Source: a virus
Reading direction: 5' to 3' (one strand)
Virus record (IMG/VR): IMGVR_UViG_3300045988_072028
Span: 32,001 to 96,000 of that record
DNA: 64,000 bases
Shown here: positions 9,401 through 17,420 of the stretch, in pieces
Position numbering within the stretch: position 1 is the stretch's first letter
How the letters are laid out: every line of letters begins with the position of its first letter
Position numbers and translations under genes: made by a program
Notes under the pieces: generated by a model
Told to the model about the DNA's origin: nothing
The model's input: only the letters and a program-made list of their open reading frames with translations
The model's database searches: none

Positions 9401-12400
9401 ACGAAGGCCGTGTATCATGTATTCAAACCTACCATCCAGAATTTTGATATCTCGGACATGACGTTCGAGGATCAGCAACGGTATCTGGATACGATAAATA
9501 GGTGGTTGGATGAGAACCAAGAGAAACCTATGGTGCAGGCTTATTACGATAAGATCGAGAAAGTTAATAAGAAGGTCGAGGAAAGACTGGGTCGTAGGGT
9601 ATCGCAAGCCACGTCCGATTTCATGACCCGTATCCGTAGAAGCCGGTATGTGGCTATGGATAAGTTTATTAAGAACAAGAAGGTCGATTGGGACGCTTTC
9701 CAATCTGACCCTATAGCTTGGAGATCTTATCTGGATATCCTTCGTGATAGGGCTATAGCCAAGAGCGAGTGGTATTCCGACGGGACACCAAAGGAAGCGG
9801 GGTCCGAGGCGTTGATGATGTCCGAGGAGATCAAGGCATGGGACGAGGCGTGGGCCGAGGAGTTCGGGAATACCAACGAGGGTCGTAAGGCTTCAGCCGA
9901 GTTTAAGGAGATACTGCGTGGGATAGAGCGGTCCGAGGGCGGTAAGGCAGCATTCGAGTTCCTGCTAGCCGGTGGTCATCTTGGCTTCTCCAAGGATATG
10001 TGGGGATCCGAGGAGGGTGATTATTACGAGAATCTGGTTGATAAGATCACGGAGCAATCTGTATCATCATCAAGGATAGAGAAGGTAGAGGAGGCGATGG
10101 CAACAATAAATGAGATTAACGATCAGTTAAGACCTTTGCTTATTCAGTACCGGGACAGTACCAGATATGGCGAGTATGATTTCGATCGTCTTCGTGGATC
10201 ATCGTCATTAAGGAAGATAAACGAGCTATACGACCGTCTGGCCGAGGCCAAGAGTGTTATTAACGCCGCCGCTTCCGCTGAGGATATTGAGATGAATATG
10301 CCCGATACGGTGGAGAGTGGCGTTACAGATTCCTACCGTAATGCGTTAAGGGATGCCGTGACATACGACAAGGGAATGGATGAGATTAAATTCGCCAAGG
10401 AACATATGTCTGCCCGCTCCCGGAGTCAGGTAGATAGGATGGCCGCCAAGCTGTCACAGAAGAATCCATCATGGACATCCATGGAGACAACGTTCCTTAG
10501 AAAAAAATACGGTCCTGATTTCAGTGATAAGCTGGCTAATGATATAGCTATGGGTAAGGCTAATAGTATACTTATTGAGTATGCCAGAACCCGGCTATAT
10601 CCTTATATGAGAAAATACTCTCCCAAAGGGTATTCTGATTTTGTCAGGAAGATAAATAACGGTACGTATAAGGTGTCGGATTTTTTTGATGCCATGGAAA
10701 GCGGTATATCAAAGGAAGAAAGCGTGTCCCGTTTCGGCTTCGATATTAATATGATTGATTTGTCGATCAACAACCAATGGTTAGATGAGGCTGATTTCGA
10801 GAGTTCCTTCCGGAATCCTAATTATAATCCCGATCTAGGTTATGGATATCATACGCCTAGATTTGATAAGTACAAGAATGAGGCTTTCTTCAAAAAATAC
10901 GGTATTACCAAGGAAGGAGAGGAGGCCACGATCAACAAGGATAAGTGGGAGATGAGGAAGGAATTGCTTAACATAAGCCGTAAGGCTATGGAGGATTATG
11001 ATGAGCGTTTCAGGAATATCTACCAGATACCACAGATATCCAAGGGCGGAGTGGAGAGGATGGTGCAGGCCGGGGTTGACCCGAAGGCGGCCATCGGAAA
11101 CGCCGTACGTGACATCGTTGGCGAGAGGGTTGATGATCCCATACATGGTCAAGGACAAGACCTAGGAGGGCTTGATGAGAACGATAACAAATATCGCATG
11201 ATCCCCAAGTACTATCTGAGCAAGCTAGAGAATGCCGATGACGTATCCCATGACTTCGCGTACTCCTATTCTATGCTATCCCTTCAGGCGGCATCTTATA
11301 AGTATAAGAGAGCTGCTTTGGATGATGTTATGGGATATAGGAATATGATGCTTGAGACACAATATGATGGGGGAAAGAATCCAGAAGCCACTCATGCCTA
11401 CAGGATGTTTCAGGACTGGGTTAACGCCAGTATCTATGACGTTAGGATAAACAATAAGCGGACTGAATGGAATATAGGCAATTATAAGGTCGATCTTAAT
11501 AAGCTGGCCCTTATGTTTACCAAATTTGTGTCCAAATCCAACTTAGGCTTCTCCCCGTTCGTGGCGGCTACCGGTGCCCTTACCGGGCAGGCCAACTTCC
11601 TTTTGGAAGGTATGGTAGGACAGTACATAAGCAAGGACTCCATGAAATACGCTTATGGAGAAGCTCAGAAACAGTTAAGTACGTACGTGTCTGAGATCGG
11701 GGACATAAATCGTACCAATAAGTTATATGTTGTCGGTGAGGCCCTAGGCGTATTCAACGTTCGTAACCGTGTAAGATCGGCGGCATATAACAAGATCTGG
11801 AGAACCTTATTCCGGGACCTGCCGTTTAAGATGATGGAGGTTTTGAACTCTCCTTTGGATCCGCAGGTTATTATCTCGGTGATGGATGACACCCGCTTGT
11901 ATGAGGGTCAGTTCTGGTCATATTCTAATTTCAAGGAGATGATGATGAAGGACAGGAATATGTCCGCTAATGAGGCTAAACGTGATTGGGAGCGTTTAAG
12001 GGATTATTCCATATGGAACTTAGTAAATGTCAAGGACGGGAAGATCGTGGCTAAAAACGAGGCTAATAAGGATATTATAGACCGATACATACCTACATTG
12101 TCCAGCAGGGTCAGGAGTATGGTGCAGATATGCGACGGCGCCCTGAACGAGCAGAACCGGGTGGGGGCTAGCCGGAACGCGATCCTTAACATGGTGCTTC
12201 CTCATCGTGGATGGTTTATATTGGCTGTGCAGCGGGCGTATAAGAAAGCCGGTTTCAATTTCCAGACCAACCAGTTCGAGGAAGGATATATGAGGACATT
12301 ATGGCGATTGGCGGGGAATGTCTATAATACGATGTCCGAGGGTCGTATGGGGGAGGCGTATGACGTGCTTAAAGAGGAATATGATAAGCTTACACCTTAT

Positions 12401-12898
12401 GAGCAGGTTAATATCAAGAGATCTATTATCAATGTGGCGGTATTCGCCACGATGATGGCTATAGGAAGGGCTTTGATGGGATATAGGGAGGATAATGAGG
12501 ATAGCTGGTTCGGGCAGTTCATTACCTATATCGGGTTCAGGACGATCAATGAGATCGCTTCCCAGACATCCCCGTTCATGGAGCTTAACGCCATAGATAT
12601 GCTGCAAGATCCGCTGGTTACCGCCCGAAAGTTAGGCGATCTCACCGATCCTCGAAACTGGGATCCGTTCGCTACCGTCCAGACCGGCGTGTATAAGGGA
12701 GAGAGCAAGCTATGGAGGCAGCTCATGAAATTCTCGTTCGGTAAGCAATGGTATAATATCAAGACGGCTAGGGATATTAAGCAGACATCCGACTACTGGT
12801 TGATGACCAACGGCATGACGATGGGATTCTTCTTAGGAGGCAGGGATAAGGACGAGTCCGGGGAGGACGCTAATTGGTACTTTGACAGGGGAAGATAA
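6452..12898 (+). CDS. giant (2148 aa) virion-associated / ejected-cargo-type protein
   Basis: Uninterrupted 2148-codon ORF with a TATCTTTG box 17 nt upstream and a strong terminator downstream. The C-terminal ~200 aa carry hydrophobic helices (INVAVFATMMAIGRALMGY, FGQFITYIGF, YWLMTNGMTMGFFLGG). No DxDGD polymerase motif was found by eye. Confidence 0.85.
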   Translation: MSSCVIKRNKEGKITRVLTPSGEVSTLFDKIAGIAAVSDLNKAAEAYMTIYNDKFRSKFGDWTRSVPRNKEAARSISARLSSSEWGQLMSAKVLSAISDMDAPALARSLGNSDNVVAYLTSGEVGDVNDMAVVDTSTVQEVDLDSINEDNIGDTILKEASWDDIRAIRENIDIKETARMLWKAVESAFTGQRPNIRVKGGSIDGEIIFSGNVLPLNNIENYTPPSSRLVYDSGEPRLFFRSDDGKIHESYANAIKGSSGGRVEAGFLAGSVEESDVPSGTADISFGSSSITLNNSGSFIPILGISSNSDVSTRGGFVNYLIKKGLLSGERIRLGDRYYLTGAGNSDGLKIYNAMDALSRLRNRFGSQSSEMNVLGSIGFDTEVSNDLDLITTSGDKVTVSRSEIKGMLRQGKFEELNNKYDGFMELALSLMMEDNALYGSNVRGVIENEKAEDLQNRTDITNILSTLGIRVMGMSEYMDKYKMRNGVEPSARALSDMANGVIALAEGATVEDLNEEVAHFLIDTYRNQQEIDEVLDSVVGTPLWNQFAGRYYEVYGKEYQGEELDRMVKREILGKTLAQRFVPGMEQAVEDLASSEDAQLSLFGRIIRAIRNFFSTQRSDLNKVLDRIKESALADDPSAFDVLLLKDSDHLMYSLSDVDVANKLIKNGRSLERLYTRLQRMRSSQSQRIGESISLLRDIGEKVRQVGGELNKNNNLLSTKSVIATAKAEVEYLVTVASSLRKSGKGLDYETMQVIDNVYGEIVPLVRNLRGFVNNQAADYYGSNKVGMVEDMDDILRMAETSMSDINALKSDRNEDWLDGQLRMFNIPERYWNGIKKLIDNIHKDINVMSRFFGTLEHSGNAILGMLGQRLAKAYNDAHVEGVANINKMTKMMKERGWGIKDNEDLIQKINGKNSDYLDSSRDFAKYDLLLRTEQAKAIIDIYDLKNVTGKTEKQLIDLLLSDRGLKVKTRDDIVGYDGDKPITKAVYHVFKPTIQNFDISDMTFEDQQRYLDTINRWLDENQEKPMVQAYYDKIEKVNKKVEERLGRRVSQATSDFMTRIRRSRYVAMDKFIKNKKVDWDAFQSDPIAWRSYLDILRDRAIAKSEWYSDGTPKEAGSEALMMSEEIKAWDEAWAEEFGNTNEGRKASAEFKEILRGIERSEGGKAAFEFLLAGGHLGFSKDMWGSEEGDYYENLVDKITEQSVSSSRIEKVEEAMATINEINDQLRPLLIQYRDSTRYGEYDFDRLRGSSSLRKINELYDRLAEAKSVINAAASAEDIEMNMPDTVESGVTDSYRNALRDAVTYDKGMDEIKFAKEHMSARSRSQVDRMAAKLSQKNPSWTSMETTFLRKKYGPDFSDKLANDIAMGKANSILIEYARTRLYPYMRKYSPKGYSDFVRKINNGTYKVSDFFDAMESGISKEESVSRFGFDINMIDLSINNQWLDEADFESSFRNPNYNPDLGYGYHTPRFDKYKNEAFFKKYGITKEGEEATINKDKWEMRKELLNISRKAMEDYDERFRNIYQIPQISKGGVERMVQAGVDPKAAIGNAVRDIVGERVDDPIHGQGQDLGGLDENDNKYRMIPKYYLSKLENADDVSHDFAYSYSMLSLQAASYKYKRAALDDVMGYRNMMLETQYDGGKNPEATHAYRMFQDWVNASIYDVRINNKRTEWNIGNYKVDLNKLALMFTKFVSKSNLGFSPFVAATGALTGQANFLLEGMVGQYISKDSMKYAYGEAQKQLSTYVSEIGDINRTNKLYVVGEALGVFNVRNRVRSAAYNKIWRTLFRDLPFKMMEVLNSPLDPQVIISVMDDTRLYEGQFWSYSNFKEMMMKDRNMSANEAKRDWERLRDYSIWNLVNVKDGKIVAKNEANKDIIDRYIPTLSSRVRSMVQICDGALNEQNRVGASRNAILNMVLPHRGWFILAVQRAYKKAGFNFQTNQFEEGYMRTLWRLAGNVYNTMSEGRMGEAYDVLKEEYDKLTPYEQVNIKRSIINVAVFATMMAIGRALMGYREDNEDSWFGQFITYIGFRTINEIASQTSPFMELNAIDMLQDPLVTARKLGDLTDPRNWDPFATVQTGVYKGESKLWRQLMKFSFGKQWYNIKTARDIKQTSDYWLMTNGMTMGFFLGGRDKDESGEDANWYFDRGR

Positions 12899-12920
12899 CC
12901 GATATAGTATGACAAAAAAA

Positions 12921-12958
12921 ATAGCCAGTCAATTGTTTAAGACAATTTGATTGGCTAT
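12921..12958 (+). terminator. terminator hairpin after the giant gene
   Basis: ATAGCCAGTCAATTGT / ACAATTTGATTGGCTAT long imperfect stem, with an A-run before it and T-rich sequence after it. Confidence 0.65.
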
Positions 12959-12963
12959 ATTTG
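12956..12963 (+). promoter_or_regulatory. Bacteroidota-type -7 promoter box
   Basis: Exact TATATTTG 124 nt upstream of the antirepressor ATG. Confidence 0.45.
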
Positions 12964-12985
12964 CATTATGAAACAATGAATGACG

Positions 12986-13055
12986 GGATCTCACTTCAAG
13001 GTCATTCAATGTGTAAGATATTTTTGGCTCATTAGGATTTGTCGAGGTGAGATCC
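12986..13055 (+). promoter_or_regulatory. inverted repeat in the antirepressor leader
   Basis: GGATCTCAC (12986-12994) pairs with GTGAGATCC (13047-13055), separated by a 52-nt spacer. It lies between the -7 box and the antirepressor ATG. Confidence 0.5.
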
Positions 13056-13086
13056 GACATTTCCTTTTGAGCCTATTTTTTATATT

Positions 13087-13944
13087 ATGTGTAATATTGT
13101 TTTAAATGACAATTTGTCTATTAGATTGTATTTTGAGAAGGTTCTTGAGTTAGTTAAATCCGGAGAAGATTTTCCAGTTAATTTAGATGATGTTTGGCCT
13201 TTGATATATTCTGATAAAGGTAAGGCTGTTAGGGTTCTTACTGGTGATAATGGTTTTATCAAAGATATTGACTATAAGGTTTTTACCCAAAATGGCAAAA
13301 ACCCGGTTGGAGGAAGACCTGCGATTGTGTATATGATTTCTGTGTCTTGTATGGAATATTTAATAGCAAGAAAAGAAAGAAGAGTATTTGATGTATATAG
13401 GAGTGTGTTTCATGGTGCGGCAAATGCTTTTAATAAGATGGAAGAATCCGTGGAGAAGAATCTTCCGCATAATTATATAGAAGCGTTAGAGGCGTTGTTG
13501 GCATCCGAGAAAGAGAAGCAGGCGTTAGCTGAGGCCAAGAAAGCGGTAGAGGATGCTAAGAGAATATCCGATAGCATTATCAAAGAACAAGCCCCTAAGG
13601 TGGGATTCGCTGAAACGGCTATCATGGCCAATGACAAAGGTGATGATATGCTGATCCGTGATGTCAGGAGGGAATTGGAGTCTCATGGATGTGATATAGC
13701 GGAAAGATCGTTAAGAGAGTTTTTACAAGAACAAGGTTTCTTTTACAAGAATAAGAGAGAATGGATATTGACGGAGCATGTGATTAAGAAAGGTTACGCC
13801 CATTACAGGTACAACACGGATACCGGAGTCAGGAATACGGTTTATATGACTAGGAAGGGGTTTGAGAAAACGTTATATAATATCAGGAATATACCTAAAT
13901 CAAGAGAACTCTTTATTTCTTTCGGAGGCAAGATATTTGATTAA
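13087..13944 (+). CDS. phage antirepressor (AntA-like N-terminus, KilAC-like C-terminus)
   Basis: N-terminal DDVWPLIYSDKGKAVRVL...FIKDIDYKVF...GGRPAIVYMISVSCMEYL resembles AntA/AntB-type domains. Central LPHNYIEALEALLASEKEKQAL...APKVGFAE and the following basic region resemble KilAC. Confidence 0.6.
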   Translation: MCNIVLNDNLSIRLYFEKVLELVKSGEDFPVNLDDVWPLIYSDKGKAVRVLTGDNGFIKDIDYKVFTQNGKNPVGGRPAIVYMISVSCMEYLIARKERRVFDVYRSVFHGAANAFNKMEESVEKNLPHNYIEALEALLASEKEKQALAEAKKAVEDAKRISDSIIKEQAPKVGFAETAIMANDKGDDMLIRDVRRELESHGCDIAERSLREFLQEQGFFYKNKREWILTEHVIKKGYAHYRYNTDTGVRNTVYMTRKGFEKTLYNIRNIPKSRELFISFGGKIFD

Positions 13945-13949
13945 AGTAA

Positions 13950-13990
13950 GAGAAGGATAGGCGATTATCATCCTATCCTTCTCGTTTTTG
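13950..13990. terminator. bidirectional terminator between convergent modules
   Basis: Perfect 12-bp stem GAGAAGGATAGG / CCTATCCTTCTC followed by GTTTTTG. Lies between the plus-strand antirepressor gene and the minus-strand HAD gene. Confidence 0.8.
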
Positions 13991-13993
13991 TTA

Positions 13994-14518
13994 TCAGCTC
14001 TTATATTTCTTCACAAAATCATCCACATCCATATACTCACACCCGAAGTTCTCTGCCGTCTTCTTATCGGAGTCGGAGAACTGTCCTTCTTTCCCGGAAG
14101 CATCCCCGATCATCAAGATAGTATCGTATACGATCTTTTCTTCCTCATCTTCATCGTTATTCATGTATTCTATGAAATCCATATACTCTTTTATCATCCC
14201 TATATTTGGCTTCCTATTGACGTTGCGTTTATTATTGCTTTCGCAGTAATAAGCACTTACGGATACATCTGTATAATCTTCCAAGGCATTTGATATATAA
14301 TCGAATTTATATTCAAACATCTCTCTGTCCACGAATCCTTTTTCTATACCTCCCTGATTTGATATGATTAATATATCATCAGGAGCGTAATTTTTGATAG
14401 CCTCAAATACGTAGAGTTTGATTTTCATATCCCATATACCTTTAGGGAATGTATCTCCTGACAATGTTTCAATCAGTGTCCCATCTAAATCTGTTATTAA
14501 CAATTTATATTTTTTCAT
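13994..14518 (-). CDS. HAD-superfamily phosphatase (subfamily IIIA, PNK 3'-phosphatase / HisB-like)
   Basis: DLDGTL (DxDxT), ISNQGG, RKPNIGM and MIGDASG motifs occur in the canonical order. Confidence 0.75.
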   Translation of the reverse strand: MKKYKLLITDLDGTLIETLSGDTFPKGIWDMKIKLYVFEAIKNYAPDDILIISNQGGIEKGFVDREMFEYKFDYISNALEDYTDVSVSAYYCESNNKRNVNRKPNIGMIKEYMDFIEYMNNDEDEEEKIVYDTILMIGDASGKEGQFSDSDKKTAENFGCEYMDVDDFVKKYKS

Positions 14519-14553
14519 GATTCAAAATTTAAATGATATATAATTACCTTACT

Positions 14554-14769
14554 TTATTCATATACTACTCGTCCCATTGCTCCTAATAGCTCTTTATCAT
14601 CCTGCTCCTTTACCTCTACATAATAATATCCCTTGAAACAAAATTTCTTTTGATCGGGATCTGACAAGAACTTTTTATATTCCTCGAATCCTTCATCTGA
14701 AAGATGATAAGCCTTTCTTTTTTGTTGAAGTAATTCATTTGATTCTAATATCTGTTTCTTAGTAGCCAT
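14554..14769 (-). CDS. hypothetical protein
   Basis: Same-strand ORF. No motif recognised. Confidence 0.5.
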   Translation of the reverse strand: MATKKQILESNELLQQKRKAYHLSDEGFEEYKKFLSDPDQKKFCFKGYYYVEVKEQDDKELLGAMGRVVYE

Positions 14770-14942
14770 AATAACATCATTTTTTATTTTACGGTTCTTA
14801 GACGATGAGGTATTCTGCCTAATGATATTTCATCCCCATATTATTGATTTGTTTAATTTACGAGCCTCTGATAAGGCTCGTGTTAGTATATCCTTTTTCC
14901 TTATAATCTCCTTATATCTTTTGATATTCATTTTTATTGTCT

Positions 14943-15296
14943 TCATAATAAGTTCTTTTGTCTTAATAGCACCAGCATCTTATTCCAATCCACATATCCT
15001 TTATCCGTAAGTGGAGTGCCGATATTCCTATCATCTATATAATAATCACAATACACTTTTGGTGATGATGATACTGGCTCAGGATTGTAGTTTACCGAAT
15101 ACAGATTGATATGATTGTATCTAAACCAGTCTACGGCATCCTGTAGATATTTACCATCTCTTACCGTATATAATATCAGAAGATTCTTATCAGCCAATTC
15201 TCTCAATACTTTAGCGGCTCCGATATTGTCTCCTACATAAGGGAATGAGTCTACTACGCACGTCCCATCAAAATCTATCCCTATTATTTTCTTCAT
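14943..15296 (-). CDS. small HAD-like hydrolase (nucleotidase-like)
   Basis: IDFDGT (DxDxT) at the N-terminus and YYIDDRN near the C-terminus. The overall layout matches short phage HAD-like proteins. Confidence 0.6.
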   Translation of the reverse strand: MKKIIGIDFDGTCVVDSFPYVGDNIGAAKVLRELADKNLLILYTVRDGKYLQDAVDWFRYNHINLYSVNYNPEPVSSSPKVYCDYYIDDRNIGTPLTDKGYVDWNKMLVLLRQKNLL

Positions 15297-15297
15297 A

Positions 15298-15705
15298 TTA
15301 TATATCTTGTAATAAATACTCTTCTATTTTCTTAGCCATATCAATAAGCATCTCACATCTAAGGTTATTAAACTCCTTACAAAACCTCATGTCTTCCTCA
15401 TGCTTTTCCTCAGGCGATCTGTTATCAATTACGCTGTAGCATGGTGACGAATACACGGGGATAGGTCTCATGGCCTCTATAGCCAATTTAATAGCCTTTT
15501 CACTGATCTCGCTCATATAATCCTCTTTTTGCACCCATATAATACCACTGTCAAGGCAATCTGGGTTTTCTAACTGGCAATTTCCATTGTCATAAAAACA
15601 ACATCCTGTACAAGATTTTTTCTCTATCTCTGAGACAGCCATGAATCTCTTCTCTTCATATATCATGGTATCTCCTTTTTTTATCTTATTCCTCTTTGTA
15701 TTCAT
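15298..15705 (-). CDS. Cys-rich hypothetical protein
   Basis: Contains the CTGCCFYDNGNCQ cluster, shared in form with 16832..17317. Confidence 0.55.
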   Translation of the reverse strand: MNTKRNKIKKGDTMIYEEKRFMAVSEIEKKSCTGCCFYDNGNCQLENPDCLDSGIIWVQKEDYMSEISEKAIKLAIEAMRPIPVYSSPCYSVIDNRSPEEKHEEDMRFCKEFNNLRCEMLIDMAKKIEEYLLQDI

Positions 15706-15980
15706 CTTATCAAACCTTTATATTCTACTTTCTTTAACTGCTCTTCGGTAGCTTTCTTCTTCGGGAACTTCCCGTGCCATTTCCCCGGCACCACGACATC
15801 ACGGCCGTCCGGGGAGGTAGTAAGCCTCCCGCATTCACTGCACAGCCCCATACCCTTGTACGGCTGTAGTTCCTTGGTATAGTCAAATTCATCCACCATA
15901 TACTCGTTTGTCAACATCCAGTAACTAGACGTGGCGGTATTATCGATACAGCCGCATTTAGCGCATATAAATAAGCTCAT
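15702..15980 (-). CDS. zinc-ribbon hypothetical protein
   Basis: CAKCGC and CSECG pairs. ATGA-type overlap with the downstream gene. Confidence 0.55.
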   Translation of the reverse strand: MSLFICAKCGCIDNTATSSYWMLTNEYMVDEFDYTKELQPYKGMGLCSECGRLTTSPDGRDVVVPGKWHGKFPKKKATEEQLKKVEYKGLIR

Positions 15981-15986
15981 AGTAAA

Positions 15987-16190
15987 TTATTTAATATCAT
16001 TATCCTTCTTATCATCGTCAATCCTCTCCACCTTAATCGTCCCCATATCACCTGAAGGTAACGTGATATCACTATACACATTATTCCAGCTCTCGTCAAT
16101 GGCCAACTGATGTAATATCGACCTATATATCTGGTAGGTGTTACCGATAAGTCTCTTCCTATTTATCTTATCCTTACTACCCCCCATCAT
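15987..16190 (-). CDS. hypothetical protein
   Basis: Packed same-strand ORF. Confidence 0.45.
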   Translation of the reverse strand: MMGGSKDKINRKRLIGNTYQIYRSILHQLAIDESWNNVYSDITLPSGDMGTIKVERIDDDKKDNDIK

Positions 16191-16434
16191 ATCCTATATG
16201 CTCATAATCCCCAAGATCAGGGAACAGTCTTCTTCTTATCGCTCGTGAGTTATTGATTATAAAGCTTCTTATCCCCAGCGTTTCCACTCTATCCATATCA
16301 TTTATCAACGTATCTATCGTATGTTGTAGGTCCATGTCGCCAGCGGCGAATCTACTGATGTCTTCCACGCATTGGGATATCAGCATTAGCTGTTCCCTTG
16401 TCAACGTTATTTTATAAAGTTGTTTATTATCCAT
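16177..16434 (-). CDS. hypothetical protein
   Basis: Packed same-strand ORF. Confidence 0.5.
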   Translation of the reverse strand: MDNKQLYKITLTREQLMLISQCVEDISRFAAGDMDLQHTIDTLINDMDRVETLGIRSFIINNSRAIRRRLFPDLGDYEHIGYDGG

Positions 16435-16831
16435 GATTATCTGATATTAATTTTTCTTTTATATGTTTAGATATATCAATTATCTCATCTTTTATATTAC
16501 AGTCATCTTTTAATAATGAACCAAATATACATGATATGGCGCTCTTTAGGCCTAGCGCTATCCCTATCTCCAATATTTTTTTATCGGTATTAGAGATTTC
16601 TACAGGTTCATATAATATTGATGATATGTTGTTAACGACGTATATTATATCATCTTCATTCATTGATGTAGATTTATCGACAATAGCTATAAAATCTTTT
16701 ATAATCATAATATAAGCTATTTTTATTTCTTTTATCGTATCATCGCTTAGATGTCTATCTCTTATATGCCTTTCAACATACTTGTTTGCTAGATTCTCTA
16801 TTTTGTTTGATTTGTCCATTTGTACTATCAA
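16427..16831 (-). CDS. hypothetical protein
   Basis: Packed same-strand ORF. Confidence 0.55.
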   Translation of the reverse strand: MIVQMDKSNKIENLANKYVERHIRDRHLSDDTIKEIKIAYIMIIKDFIAIVDKSTSMNEDDIIYVVNNISSILYEPVEISNTDKKILEIGIALGLKSAISCIFGSLLKDDCNIKDEIIDISKHIKEKLISDNHG

Positions 16832-17317
16832 TTATTTAGTTAATAATAGATCATAGTCCTCTTCGTCTACACTCCCATTATTGTTGATGTATATAATGAA
16901 ATCATTTAAAAGCACGGACTTATCCTTGGATAAGGCTTTTATAATAAGCTCTCCATCATCTTTCAACATCACATGCAGAGTATCCCATATAACATATTTT
17001 TGACATTCTTTCTCAATCTTCTTGATTGTTTTAAGTATTGTCTCCTCATATCTTTTTACTATTCCGCACAGTTCAGTCGTATTATATTTACGTATAGCCG
17101 TGAATATATATTCCTTTTTACAATCCCAGCATTTTATCAGTCTTTCTGATCCGCACGCCTTATCCTCGTAGAAGAAGCAACCCTTACATGGTTCATTATG
17201 GTCGTAGCTTAATACTACAAGCAGCTCCACACCATTCTTGTATATCACGTCTCCTTGTTTCATCTTGTCTATTTTATTAATCTCATTATCAATATAGTAA
17301 AGTTGGATATTATCCAT
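16832..17317 (-). CDS. Cys-rich hypothetical protein
   Basis: Contains CKGCFFYEDKACG...CWDC, the same C-GC-FY----C pattern as 15298..15705. Confidence 0.55.
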   Translation of the reverse strand: MDNIQLYYIDNEINKIDKMKQGDVIYKNGVELLVVLSYDHNEPCKGCFFYEDKACGSERLIKCWDCKKEYIFTAIRKYNTTELCGIVKRYEETILKTIKKIEKECQKYVIWDTLHVMLKDDGELIIKALSKDKSVLLNDFIIYINNNGSVDEEDYDLLLTK

Positions 17318-17420
17318 ACTATAGATATCCAGAACGTTGTACTTAACATAAGACCTATATTCCTAGGTATAGGATCTACTCTCCTGAATGTCAGGATCAT
17401 GAATATAAATGTCTTGAAGT

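Noticed and set aside
6455-12762. About 15 minus-strand ORFs of 60-130 aa inside the giant gene.
   Set aside because: All are nested antisense within one uninterrupted 2148-codon frame. They show no motifs and no independent signals.
6452-12898. Calling the giant ORF a virion RNA polymerase.
   Set aside because: I could not find a DxDGD/DxDxD catalytic loop by eye. Only GYDGD is present, and it lacks the first Asp. Size alone is insufficient, so the protein is left as a generic giant virion-type protein.
13988-14293. Plus-strand 101-aa ORF opposite the HAD phosphatase gene, and similar plus-strand ORFs throughout 14-54 kb.
   Set aside because: All are antisense to longer ORFs that have recognisable motifs or consistent gene packing. 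Their hydrophobic, low-complexity content is typical of AT-rich shadow frames.
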